Part shown: one piece after another, positions 17,388-25,959 of the stretch | Numbering within the stretch: position 1 is the first letter of the stretch | How the letters are laid out: the number at the start of each line of letters is the position of its first letter | DNA from: Patescibacteria group bacterium UBA4787 | Lineage (GTDB): Bacteria; Patescibacteriota; Patescibacteriia; UBA2591; UBA4787 | Assembly (NCBI GenBank): GCA_002402995.1 | Contig: DHGX01000004.1 | Coordinates: 312,019-360,099, forward strand | Length of the DNA: 48,081 nt | Reading direction: 5' to 3' | The notes under the pieces: model-generated | The model's database searches: none | The model's input: the letters and a program-made list of their open reading frames with translations, nothing else | Told to the model about the DNA's origin: nothing | Position numbers and translations under genes: made by a program

Positions 17388-19463
17388 CTATTTTTTATCT
17401 GCGTTAATTATTTTTTCTACGACATTTCTCGGCACTTCGGCATAATGAGAAAATTCTATGGAATAACTCCCGCGGCCCTCCGTATTAGATCTCAAAATAG
17501 TGGCATAACCAAAAACTTCTCCCAAAGGAACAGAAGCATCGATAATTTTCATTTGTCCGCGGTCGCGCGTACTTTGGATTTGGGCGCGACGAGAGTTAAG
17601 ATCACCGATTACCTCTCCCATAAATTGATCGGGCACTACTACTTCTATTTTCATAATTGGTTCCAAAAGTACCGGACCAGCCTTCATCACGCCATCTTTT
17701 ATGGAGCGGCTAGCGGCAATTTTAAAAGCTGCCTCCGAAGAATCAACGTCATGATAAGAACCGTCGTAAACCGCCACCCTTATATCGATTAAAGGATATC
17801 CTGCATAGACACCATTACTAAGGGCTTCTTGCGCGCCCTTTTTAATGGCCGGAACATATTCTTTAGGAATAGTTCCTCCCTTAAGCTCATCAACGAATTC
17901 AAATCCTTTACCGCGTTCCATCGGCTCTAATCTTAACCAGCAATGACCATATTGTCCGCGACCACCAGATTGATGAATATATTTTCCTTCTGATTCTACA
18001 ACCTTAGTAATTGTTTCTTTATAAGCTACTTGTGGCCTGCCCACATTAACATCTACCTTAAATTCTCTCTTCATGCGATCAACGATAATATCAAGATGAA
18101 GTTCTCCCATACCAGCTATAATTGTTTGACTCGTTTCCTCGTTAGTGGAAATTTTGAAAGTTGGATCTTCTTCGGCCAATTTAGATAAAGCGATGCCCAT
18201 TTTCTGTTGGTCGTTTTCGGTTTTGGGTTCAACGGCGATAGAAATAACTGGTTCGGGAAAAACTATTGACTCTAAAATGATGGGGTGATCAATATCGCAA
18301 AGCGTATCGCCAGTTGTTGTGCCTTTCATGCCCACAATAGCCGCAATTTCCCCTGCGTAAACATCGCTGACGTCTTCTCTTTTATTGGCGTGCATCCTAA
18401 CGATACGGCCTATTCTTTCCTTGTTACCTTTTTTGCTATTTAAAACATAAGATCCGGCGGCTAAATGACCAGAATAAACTCTAAAGTAACATAGTTTCCC
18501 TACAAATGGATCTGTGGCAATTTTAAAAGCCAAAGAGGAAAACGGTTCATTGTCGTCAACCCTGCGAACAACGGGTTGATTATTTTGGGGGTCAACCCCT
18601 TCTACGGGAGGAATATCTAAAGGTGAAGGAAGATAATCGCAAACAGCATCAAGCAAAAACTGGACACCCTTGTTCTTTAAGGCCGAACCGCATAGAATAG
18701 GAATTATTTTGCCAACTATAACAGCTTTGCACAAAACCCTTTCCAGCTCTTCTGTCGAAGGTTCCTTGCCTTCCAAATATTCACTCATCAGATTGTCATC
18801 ATATTCAACAACGGCTTCAATGAGTTCGTGACGATACTTTTCAACAGCTTCTTTCAAATCAACCGGTATTTCTTCTTCCTCGAATTGTTTTCCTTCTTCA
18901 TCTAAATAAACAATGGCCTTGCGATTTAAAATATCTACAACTCCTTTAAAATTTGATTCTGCACCGATGGGCAATTGAATCGGGTACGAATGTGAATTTA
19001 ATCTTTCGCGAATAGCTTTTAGGGTGGAGTAAAAATCTGCGCCTATTCTATCCATTTTGTTAACAAATCCTAAGAGCGGAACGCCAAATTTTTCTGCTTG
19101 ATGATAAACTGTTTCTGACTGCGGTTCTACGCCTGCCACGCCGTCAAAAACAACAACGCCGCCGTCTAAAACACGGAGTGAGCGTTGAACTTCAGCAGTA
19201 AAATCAATGTGACCGGGGGTATCAATTAAATTAATACGGCAATCGCGCCAAAAACAAGTAGTTGCAGCCGAGGTGATAGTAATGCCTCGTTCTCGTTCCT
19301 GCTCCATCCAATCCATTTCTGCCAAACCTTCGTGGACTTCACCGATTTTATATTTTTTGCCAGTATAAAAAAGAATGCGCTCGCTAACCGTTGTTTTACC
19401 AGCGTCGATATGAGCGATAATTCCGATATTCCTTGTTTTTTCCAAAGAGTATTCACGTGCCAT
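17388..19463 (-). CDS. fusA: Elongation factor G
   Basis: [17 protein letters not shown] and NKMD motifs; 691 aa. Confidence 0.97.
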   Translation of the reverse strand: MAREYSLEKTRNIGIIAHIDAGKTTVSERILFYTGKKYKIGEVHEGLAEMDWMEQERERGITITSAATTCFWRDCRINLIDTPGHIDFTAEVQRSLRVLDGGVVVFDGVAGVEPQSETVYHQAEKFGVPLLGFVNKMDRIGADFYSTLKAIRERLNSHSYPIQLPIGAESNFKGVVDILNRKAIVYLDEEGKQFEEEEIPVDLKEAVEKYRHELIEAVVEYDDNLMSEYLEGKEPSTEELERVLCKAVIVGKIIPILCGSALKNKGVQFLLDAVCDYLPSPLDIPPVEGVDPQNNQPVVRRVDDNEPFSSLAFKIATDPFVGKLCYFRVYSGHLAAGSYVLNSKKGNKERIGRIVRMHANKREDVSDVYAGEIAAIVGMKGTTTGDTLCDIDHPIILESIVFPEPVISIAVEPKTENDQQKMGIALSKLAEEDPTFKISTNEETSQTIIAGMGELHLDIIVDRMKREFKVDVNVGRPQVAYKETITKVVESEGKYIHQSGGRGQYGHCWLRLEPMERGKGFEFVDELKGGTIPKEYVPAIKKGAQEALSNGVYAGYPLIDIRVAVYDGSYHDVDSSEAAFKIAASRSIKDGVMKAGPVLLEPIMKIEVVVPDQFMGEVIGDLNSRRAQIQSTRDRGQMKIIDASVPLGEVFGYATILRSNTEGRGSYSIEFSHYAEVPRNVVEKIINADKK

Positions 19464-19476
19464 AAAAAACTATCAA

Positions 19477-19947
19477 TTACCTCGCGAAATGAGCAAAAGC
19501 ACGATTGGCCTCTGCCATTCGATGAGTATCTTCTTTTTTCTTGATAATATCACCTTGATTTTGATATGTTTCCAGAATAACATTGGCTAACTTTTCTGCC
19601 ATTGGTTTTCCTTTTCTACTTCTAGCGGCATCTAATATCCATCTAGAAACTAAAACGAATCTTCTATTCTCAGAAGCTGGAGTCGGCACCTGATAATTAG
19701 CTCCACCAATGCGGCGAGCCCTCAATTCAATCAACGGACTGCCATTAATCATAGCTTTTTCAAAAATTTTAACAGAGTCTTCTTTTGTTTTTTCTTTAAT
19801 TATGTCTAGGGCGGAATAAAAAATTTTTTGGGCCTTAGTCTTTTTCCCGTCTTTCATAATATAATTTATAAATCTGGCAAAATCTTGCCGATTATGTATC
19901 GGGTCCGAATTAATTTTTACTTTTTTAGGTTTTTTTCTACCTCGCAT
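19477..19947 (-). CDS. rpsG: 30S ribosomal protein S7
   Basis: 156 aa with GGANYQVP and C-terminal ANRAFAHFAR. Confidence 0.95.
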   Translation of the reverse strand: MRGRKKPKKVKINSDPIHNRQDFARFINYIMKDGKKTKAQKIFYSALDIIKEKTKEDSVKIFEKAMINGSPLIELRARRIGGANYQVPTPASENRRFVLVSRWILDAARSRKGKPMAEKLANVILETYQNQGDIIKKKEDTHRMAEANRAFAHFAR

Positions 19948-19973
19948 ATTAAATATTTATTTTAATTTTGTTA

Positions 19974-20393
19974 TTAATTTTTCTCCGCCTTAGCGCCGTA
20001 ACGACTGCGACCTTGTTTGCGGCCCTGAACACCGACCGTATCATAAACACCACGCACTATATGATAACGAACGCCCGGTAAGTCTTTTACCCTTCCGCCA
20101 CGAACTAAAACTACAGAATGTTCTTGAAGATTGTGTCCGACGCCAGGAATATAAGCAGTAACTTCCGTACCGTTAGAAAGCCTGACCCTGGTAATTTTAC
20201 GCAAGGCTGAATTTGGTTTTTTCGGGGTCATAGTGGTAACCTTCAAACAAACGCCGCGCAGAAACGGATGACCGCCTTTAATGTCTTTGCGGCGACGCTT
20301 TAAAATATTGAAGCTGGATTGCAAAACCGGCGCCTTAGATTTATAGGCATTTTGCTTTCTTCCTTTTCTAACTAATTGAGAAATAGTGGGCAT
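19974..20393 (-). CDS. rpsL: 30S ribosomal protein S12
   Basis: [12 protein letters not shown] start (ATG 20393) and [10 protein letters not shown]. Confidence 0.95.
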   Translation of the reverse strand: MPTISQLVRKGRKQNAYKSKAPVLQSSFNILKRRRKDIKGGHPFLRGVCLKVTTMTPKKPNSALRKITRVRLSNGTEVTAYIPGVGHNLQEHSVVLVRGGRVKDLPGVRYHIVRGVYDTVGVQGRKQGRSRYGAKAEKN

Positions 20394-20481
20394 AAACAAT
20401 AATAATTAAGATAAAAATTAGTGTAGAGATTATTAAAACAAAAAAGTAAAAAAGTGTCAAGTTCTTTTTAACATTCGGAGA

Positions 20482-21120
20482 CTAGAAAGGACTTCCAATG
20501 AATAAATTAACAAGCCCCTTAATAAAACCAAACAACCAGCTAAAAACCGGGACATGGAACACAATATTACTAATAATTAAAATCAATAAAATAGTCGGGC
20601 CATAATGTTCTAAATAAAATCTTAAACGATAAGCGCGCTCGGGCAAGATAGCCAATAAAAGTTTTGAGCCGTCTAAAGGAGGAATGGGTATTAAATTAAA
20701 AACTAAAATAATCCCATTAAGCATAGTTAAAATATAGAAAAACTGCGCTAATAGAGCGTAGTTGTTAATAATCTGCGGGAATAATCTAAGAACTGAACCA
20801 AAAACAAGCGCGCTTAAAAGATTAGCAAGCGGGCCGGCTATAGCTATTAATACTGTGCCGAGTTTTCTATTTCGTAGATTAGCAGGATTAAATGGCACCG
20901 GCTTTCCCCAACCAAAACCGATTAGCAATAAGGAAAAAAATCCGAAGATATCGAGATGGGCTAGCGGATTCAAAGTTAAGCGACCGTTGTCCATAGCAGT
21001 CGAATCGCCTTGTTTATATGCTGCCCAAGCATGGGCAAATTCATGAACTGTCAGAACATAAACAATTGCCAAAATCCACATTATAAATTCATAGGGTTGA
21101 TTGAGAAGACTTAAAAACAT
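20482..21120 (-). CDS. Site-2 protease family (peptidase M50) membrane metalloprotease
   Basis: HEFAHAW (HExxH) in a TM helix and NLIPIPPLDGSK (second metal-ligand motif); 212 aa, polytopic. Confidence 0.8.
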   Translation of the reverse strand: MFLSLLNQPYEFIMWILAIVYVLTVHEFAHAWAAYKQGDSTAMDNGRLTLNPLAHLDIFGFFSLLLIGFGWGKPVPFNPANLRNRKLGTVLIAIAGPLANLLSALVFGSVLRLFPQIINNYALLAQFFYILTMLNGIILVFNLIPIPPLDGSKLLLAILPERAYRLRFYLEHYGPTILLILIISNIVFHVPVFSWLFGFIKGLVNLFIGSPF

Positions 21121-21295
21121 TTTATTTTAGTTTAATTGAATTGGGGTTTACTTTATTTAAAATTAATGTTAAATTATAATTGGTAGCGAGGAGTTTAAAC
21201 AAAAGCATTCTTTTAATTTGACTCCGAATGCCCCAGTTTCACGAGCGGAGCGAGCATTACTTACAAAACCTTTAATTAATCAAATATCTAAAAAT

Positions 21296-21472
21296 ATGAC
21301 GAGAGCTTGTAGTATCTGCGGTCGAGGACCGGCTGTCAAAATTACCTTGAGCCATTCTCATATCGCTTCCAAAACCAAACAAAATATTAATTTACAGTCA
21401 AAAGTCATTGATGGCAAGAGAGCAAAGGTTTGCACTACCTGTATCAAAAAACGAAAAAGAAATAAATTTTAA
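21296..21472 (+). CDS. rpmB: 50S ribosomal protein L28 (Cys-containing form)
   Basis: MTRACSICGRGPAVKITLSHSHIASKTKQNINLQ... from ATG 21296. The track's 84-aa ORF adds an implausible N-terminus. Confidence 0.85.
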   Translation: MTRACSICGRGPAVKITLSHSHIASKTKQNINLQSKVIDGKRAKVCTTCIKKRKRNKF

Positions 21473-21626
21473 AACGCGAAGCATAAAACTTGCCAACCCG
21501 AGACTGGTCCGCCTTGGGCGGAAAACTTAAAAGCTATATTTTGAATTTTGACTTTCTTGCCCTGCCTTTATCTCGCCCATATCGAGTGGGTCGAGATAAG
21601 CGAGGTGAAAATTTTAAATTTTTACC

Positions 21627-21698
21627 CGGGGTATAGTGTACCGGTAACACGCACCCTTGGGGTGGGTGTAACAGTGGGTTCAATTCCCACTACCCCGA
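21627..21698 (+). tRNA. tRNA-Pro (anticodon GGG)
   Basis: Folds as a cloverleaf by hand. Acceptor stem CGGGGTA/TACCCCG; D arm GTGT-ACCGGTA-ACAC; anticodon arm CACCC-TTGGGGT-GGGTG (GGG with G37); variable loop TAACA; T arm GTGGG-TTCAATT-CCCAC; discriminator A. No CCA is encoded. Confidence 0.9.
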
Positions 21699-21707
21699 TT
21701 TAAACAG

Positions 21708-21734
21708 AAAGAACGTGGCTAAACCGCGTTCTTT
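21708..21734 (+). terminator. Hairpin terminator after tRNA-Pro
   Basis: GAACGTGG-CTAAA-CCGCGTTC followed by TTTTTATTA. Confidence 0.55.
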
Positions 21735-21757
21735 TTATTATATTATTATATAAAAGA

Positions 21758-21785
21758 AGCCCCAACACTTTTTTGTGTTAGGGCT
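21758..21785 (-). terminator. Hairpin terminator downstream of GC-rich ORF 21803-22210
   Basis: The minus strand reads AGCCCTAACAC-AAAAAA-GTGTTGGGGCT (one G.U pair) followed by TCTTTTATAT. Confidence 0.55.
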
Positions 21786-21802
21786 TTCTGAATTGCCTCG
21801 CG

Positions 21803-22210
21803 TTAACGCAAGATTACGATTAGCATTGGCGCGAGGATTAAAATGAATTGCGCCGCGCAAGAAAGCCCGACGACCTTCTTGCTTATTCCAGTTTTCTTGG
21901 CGGCGACGAGGACGAGAGCGAAGACGGTGAAGATGAAGGCGAAGACAGCGAAGACGATGTCGGCGAAGACGGCGAAGACGGCGGAGGCGGTGGAGGCGGT
22001 GGCGACGACGACGACGACGAAGGCGACGGCGGTGGAGGCGACGGCGAAGGCGGCGAAGAGTGCGACGAGTGCGGCGATGAGAGTGGCGTTCTTAATATTA
22101 CCTCCTGTAAAATACAGGGTGATGAAGAATGCCGCCAGAGTGATGGCCGTTGATATCGCCTGCCATTTGCCGAGCTTGGTCCACCACAGGCCCAAAGTCG
22201 TTGGTTCCAT
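21803..22210 (-). CDS. Hypothetical polytopic membrane protein, GC-rich, Ala/Val/Phe low-complexity core
   Basis: 135-aa ORF with AAGGAG 7 nt upstream of the ATG, a TTGACA-N17-TACAAT promoter and a downstream terminator. It has about 4 hydrophobic segments with Lys at the boundaries. My hand count of 21901-22080 gives 122 G+C out of 180. Strand assignment is not fully secure because plus-strand ORFs also exist here. Confidence 0.55.
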   Translation of the reverse strand: MEPTTLGLWWTKLGKWQAISTAITLAAFFITLYFTGGNIKNATLIAALVALFAAFAVASTAVAFVVVVVATASTASAVFAVFADIVFAVFAFIFTVFALVLVAAKKTGISKKVVGLSCAAQFILILAPMLIVILR

Positions 22211-22264
22211 TTTGAAGCTCCTTGGTTTTGTGTTTAAGAGCTAATTGTTATCGTTTGTATTAAA

Positions 22265-22293
22265 ATTGTAGCGAATTTTTGCCTTTTTGTCAA
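22265..22293 (-). promoter_or_regulatory. Sigma70-like promoter for ORF 21803-22210
   Basis: The minus strand reads TTGACAAAAAGGCAAAAATTCGCTACAAT (-35, 17-nt spacer, -10), 54 nt upstream of the ATG. Confidence 0.45.
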
Positions 22294-22313
22294 GTATTAT
22301 CTATACTGTAAGT

Positions 22314-23669
22314 ATGTCACCCAAAACCACAGATCCGCAAATTTCTAAATTAATCAAACAAGAAACCAACCGACAAAAGAACGGTTTGGTTCTAATTGCT
22401 TCGGAAAATTTTGTTTCTCCTGAAGTTTTAACAGCGCTCGGCTCGCCCTTAACCAATAAATACAGCGAGGGTTATCCGAATAAAAGATATTACGGCGGTA
22501 ATGAATTTATAGATCAAATAGAAAATTTAACCATTGCGCGCGCCAAAAAATTATTTTTGCCGAAAAAACAATGGCTAAAATGGGAAGTTAACGTACAGTC
22601 TTATTCCGGTTCGCCGGCCAATCTCGCGGTTTACTTCGCTTTGCTTAAACCCAACGATAAAATTATGGGCATGGCCTTAGATCAAGGCGGACACTTAACC
22701 CATGGCCACGCGGTCAATCTCTCCGGAAAAATATTTCGTTCTATAAAATACGGCGTTAATCCAAAAACCAATTTGCTTGACTATGTTGCGATTGAAAAAA
22801 TCGCCAAAAAAGAAAAACCTCAATTGATTATTTGCGGCGCCACAGCTTATCCGCGGCAAATTAATTTTGAGCGATTCCAAAAAATCGCCAAAAAAGTTAA
22901 CGCCATTTTAATAGCTGACATATCTCATATCGCTGGGCTTATTGCCAGCAACTGCCACCCAAGTCCATTCCCTTATTGTGATATTATTACCACTACCACG
23001 CACAAAACTTTGCGCGGGCCACGGGCAGCCATAATTTTCGCGAAAAAAGAATACTCGGACAAAATTAATAAAATGATTTTTCCCGGCACGCAAGGCGGAC
23101 CGCACGAAAATACCATTGCCGCCATAGCCACAGCGCTCAACGAAGCTCTAAAGCCTGATTTTAAAAAATACATTCAACAAGTCATAGTTAATACCAAGGT
23201 TTTAGCCGACACACTTAAAAAGAACGGCTTTAAATTAATCACCAATGGCACAGACAATCATTTGATTTTGCTTGATTTGAGAAAAAATAATCTTTCCGGA
23301 AAAGAAGCGGAAAAATTATTGGAAGAAGTCGGTATTTACGTTAATCGAAATACCATACCGTTTGATCCTAATCCGCCTTTCAATCCTTCCGGTTTGCGCT
23401 TGGGCACGCCAGCTTTAACCAGTCGCGGAATGAGAGAAAAAGAAATGAAAACTATCGGCGAATTAATCAGCAAGTTGCTTTTAAATCCGGACGATAAAAA
23501 AATAAAGGGTATTAAACCCCAGGACAAACCACGCGGTATCAACCCTGTGTTATCTGCGCTCACTCGGGACAAAAAACATGTTTTTTGTCCACTCGCTCGC
23601 TTGATAATAAAAAAAGAAGCGCGATTAATTATCAAAAAATTAACCTCTTGCTTCCCCCTCCCTTATTAA
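22314..23669 (+). CDS. glyA: Serine hydroxymethyltransferase
   Basis: LIASENFVS, YSEGYPNKRYYGG and TTTTHKTLRGPR (PLP lysine). The start is taken at ATG 22314 (MSPKTTDPQ), only 5 nt after a TATACT -10 (TTGCCT-N17-TATACT), so the mRNA may be leaderless. The C-terminal region carries an about-33-aa insertion. Confidence 0.93.
   Translation: MSPKTTDPQISKLIKQETNRQKNGLVLIASENFVSPEVLTALGSPLTNKYSEGYPNKRYYGGNEFIDQIENLTIARAKKLFLPKKQWLKWEVNVQSYSGSPANLAVYFALLKPNDKIMGMALDQGGHLTHGHAVNLSGKIFRSIKYGVNPKTNLLDYVAIEKIAKKEKPQLIICGATAYPRQINFERFQKIAKKVNAILIADISHIAGLIASNCHPSPFPYCDIITTTTHKTLRGPRAAIIFAKKEYSDKINKMIFPGTQGGPHENTIAAIATALNEALKPDFKKYIQQVIVNTKVLADTLKKNGFKLITNGTDNHLILLDLRKNNLSGKEAEKLLEEVGIYVNRNTIPFDPNPPFNPSGLRLGTPALTSRGMREKEMKTIGELISKLLLNPDDKKIKGIKPQDKPRGINPVLSALTRDKKHVFCPLARLIIKKEARLIIKKLTSCFPLPY
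23557..23609. repeat. Short palindromic element copy inside the glyA 3' coding region
   Basis: GCGCTCACTCG-GGACAAAAAACA/TGTTTTTTGTCC-ACTCGCTCGCTTGATAATA. It has a perfect 24-nt palindrome (23567-23590) flanked by CTCACTCG-type direct repeats, and resembles the units at 27941-28073. Confidence 0.6.
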
Positions 23670-23694
23670 TATAGCGTCCGACAAAAATTAAAAA

Positions 23695-23717
23695 ACGGGA
23701 ATAATTACTATTCCCGT
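23695..23717. terminator. Bidirectional hairpin terminator between glyA and the M50-CBS gene
   Basis: ACGGGAATA-ATTAC-TATTCCCGT, followed by TTTTATTTTT on the plus strand and preceded by an A-run. Confidence 0.65.
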
Positions 23718-23743
23718 TTTATTTTTGCAAGCTTTCGTGAATT

Positions 23744-24634
23744 TTATTTCTCCAAAACAGACAGAATCATTGATCGGCTTACATAGCCGACAACACAATC
23801 GCGAGAATCCTTAACTAAAAAAACCGCCTTCCCTGTTTCCTCCATTCTTTTAATAACATTGAACAAATTTTCGTCTTCACGGCAAATCGGACGGCCATCA
23901 TCATGGCCAGCGGGCTGCATAATGTCTCTGATCTTGAAGCGCTTCAACTTATCAAGAGCAATCGACGCTTTCAATCCTTGCCGATTCTGGAAGATTAAAA
24001 AAATCGATAGCGCGATTATTAAAAGGGTTATTTTGCCGATAAAAATGAGAAAAATATTGATGCCGACTACCAGGATAAATCCGATTAAACTGGCGATTTT
24101 AGCCGCCGCCACCTCATTTTTTATCGCCAAATTCAGAATCTCGTAAAGAATGCCGCCGCCATCTAAAGGACGAATAGGCAGAAGATTGAAGATGGCCAAC
24201 TGTAAATTGACGATCATCAAAATGTTCAACGGTCCGGCGATAATACTGTGAACCGCAATACCGCTTAGCAAGACAAGAAAAATTGAAGTAGCGATTAAAA
24301 TGTTGGCGAACGGGCCAGCCAAATAGATCAGAACATTTTTTCAAGAACGCTCGCCCAGATTCTCCATTGTCACCATCATTCCGAAAAAAATCAAATAAAC
24401 ATCTTTAGGCCGGCGCTTGAAAAGATAGCCAACTAAGGCATGGCTTAACTCATGAGCGAAAAGACAAAGAATTGTCGTAATAGCTAAACTCACAGCTAAA
24501 ACTAAATTGGCCGGAAATGGAAGCCGAAGAATGTGGTAAAAAATCAAGCCCAGATAAAAAACCAAACCGAGAAATAACGGGTGCATGTGAAAATTTAATC
24601 CGAACAAGCGACCGAGCCTCCAGCAACCTCTCAT
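23744..24634 (-). pseudogene. M50 site-2 protease with C-terminal CBS domain, interrupted by an in-frame TGA (24341-24343)
   Basis: The track ORFs 24341-24634 (HELSHAL HExxH half) and 23744-24322 (AGPFAN, NLLPIRPLDGG, CBS-like tail) are in the same frame. Only the TGA separates them: ...MENLGERS*KNVLIYLAGPFAN... Confidence 0.7.
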
Positions 24635-24809
24635 TTTTATTCCCTCCTTTTGAATATTTTTTGAAATTTTAAAAGATCAATTTCTATTATTAAAATGATA
24701 ACAAAAATTGCGATTTTGTCAATATTTCTAAATAAACTATAACCATTCTAATGTTCTTGAGAACTTGAGAATATATAAATCTTATAAATTTTAGAACAAA
24801 ACCATTCGC

Positions 24810-25946
24810 TTATTCACGCGAGTTAGAGATGGGGTTTAAAATTCTCGGCAAAAACGGATTAATACGATCTGTAATTTCATAATTTATAGTATTCGCCCAT
24901 TTCGCCAAATCATCAATAATAATTTTTTGATCACGATCATAACCGATTAAAGTCGCCTTATCGCCCACTCGAACCCCGAAAACATCCGTCACGTCTATTA
25001 TAGTTAAATTCATACAAACCCGGCCGCGCACCGGACATTTTTTACCGCGAATCAGAACAAAAGACTTATTAGAAAACCGTCTATCATATCCGTCCCAATA
25101 ACCAATGGGCAAAATTGCCAATTTAGTTTTTTGTTTTGTGATATAAGCGCCGCCATAACCTATTCTTGTTCCTTTGGATAAGATTTTTATTTGGATTATT
25201 TTAGTATACCAAGACAAAGCCGGTTTTAATTTAATTTTTGATTTTGCCAAGGCAGCCGAATACAATCCGTATAAACTTATACCCAAGCGCACCGCGTTAA
25301 AACGCGTTTCTCGATACAAGGCCATAGCCGCGGAACAAGCGAAATGCTTAATCGGAATTTTAATGTCTATTTTTTCTAAATCTTCCGACACTTTATTAAA
25401 AATTTTAATTTGTTTTTCGGTATATGCCCGACTCTCTTCGCTTGAGGCGAAATGACTCCACAAACCCTCTAAATTTAAAAATTTGTATTTCTTGATCTTC
25501 TTAACGAAATCAATTGCTTGTTTGGGCAGAATACCTAAACGCGAAGTGCCAGTATCAATCTTTAAATGTACTTTGACTTTTTTGTTTAAAAGTTTGCCGA
25601 TTTTATTTAAGGTCTGTATCTGATCTAATCGGTATATCGGGAAAATTATGTCTCGCTTTATCGCCTTTAATAATTTCTCTTTATCCAAATCATAAAAACT
25701 CAAAATCATTATGGATTTTTTAGTTATGCCTGCCTTAATTAGTTCTAAAGCTTCGTCTAAATTGACCACACAAATCCTGTCTGCTTCTTTGGCTTGTTGG
25801 CAAATTTTAGCTACAAGCAAAAATCCGTGGCCGTAAGCATTTGCCTTAACCACCGGCATCAATAAAACTTTCGGTCCGATTAATTTTCGGAATTGTTTAA
25901 GATTATATTGGATCGCCCTGGCGTCAATTTCCAGCCACGTAAACAT
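24810..25946 (-). CDS. alr: Alanine racemase
   Basis: PVVKANAYGHG (PLP lysine) and overall length of 378 aa. Confidence 0.9.
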   Translation of the reverse strand: MFTWLEIDARAIQYNLKQFRKLIGPKVLLMPVVKANAYGHGFLLVAKICQQAKEADRICVVNLDEALELIKAGITKKSIMILSFYDLDKEKLLKAIKRDIIFPIYRLDQIQTLNKIGKLLNKKVKVHLKIDTGTSRLGILPKQAIDFVKKIKKYKFLNLEGLWSHFASSEESRAYTEKQIKIFNKVSEDLEKIDIKIPIKHFACSAAMALYRETRFNAVRLGISLYGLYSAALAKSKIKLKPALSWYTKIIQIKILSKGTRIGYGGAYITKQKTKLAILPIGYWDGYDRRFSNKSFVLIRGKKCPVRGRVCMNLTIIDVTDVFGVRVGDKATLIGYDRDQKIIIDDLAKWANTINYEITDRINPFLPRILNPISNSRE

Positions 25947-25959
25947 AAATAGCGTTGAG

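Noticed and set aside
5794-17792. Numerous 60-140-aa plus-strand track ORFs antisense to secY, ribosomal protein genes, tuf and fusA (for example 6566-6964, 7156-7572, 14247-14642, 17445-17792)
   Set aside because: They lie fully inside well-supported conserved genes on the opposite strand, lack SDs, and have low-complexity, Phe/Leu/Ser-rich translations typical of antisense frames.
21218-21295. N-terminal 26-aa extension of L28 in the track ORF, and similar extensions for rplC (15406-15450), rpsN (9055-9084), rplF, rpsH, rpsL and recR
   Set aside because: The canonical conserved N-termini begin at internal ATG codons. The extensions start at TTG or at upstream ATGs, overlap neighbouring genes or leaders, and have no family counterpart.
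21508-21609. Hairpins between rpmB and tRNA-Pro (TCCGCC-TTG-GGCGGA, and TTATCTCG...CGAGATAA enclosing CCCA/TGGG) as a riboswitch or separate ncRNA
   Set aside because: There are no recognisable conserved riboswitch cores. They are more simply explained as tRNA precursor/processing or spacer structure. The 3' part may instead be a degenerate copy of the palindromic element, which is mentioned in the element finding.
21843-22244. Plus-strand ORFs over the second GC-rich block: a 133-aa Lys/Ala/Thr-rich ORF and a 101-aa Asp/Glu/Gly-rich ORF
   Set aside because: These are not fully excluded, since GAGGA lies 5 nt before ATG 21843. I judge them less likely than the minus-strand membrane ORF. That ORF has a near-consensus promoter, SD and terminator, and non-repetitive termini obeying the positive-inside pattern. 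The question is kept open in the finding.
24341-24343. Genome-wide UGA reassignment (code 4 Trp or code 25 Gly, as in some CPR lineages) as the explanation for the in-frame TGA
   Set aside because: rplP, ndk and the radical SAM gene end at TGA at positions matching their expected C-termini. All other ORFs in the window are intact under the standard code.
24114-24344. 76-aa ORF overlapping the TGA site of the M50-CBS gene
   Set aside because: It is a different frame of the same protease gene, starts at TTG, and has no motif content. It is a shadow ORF.
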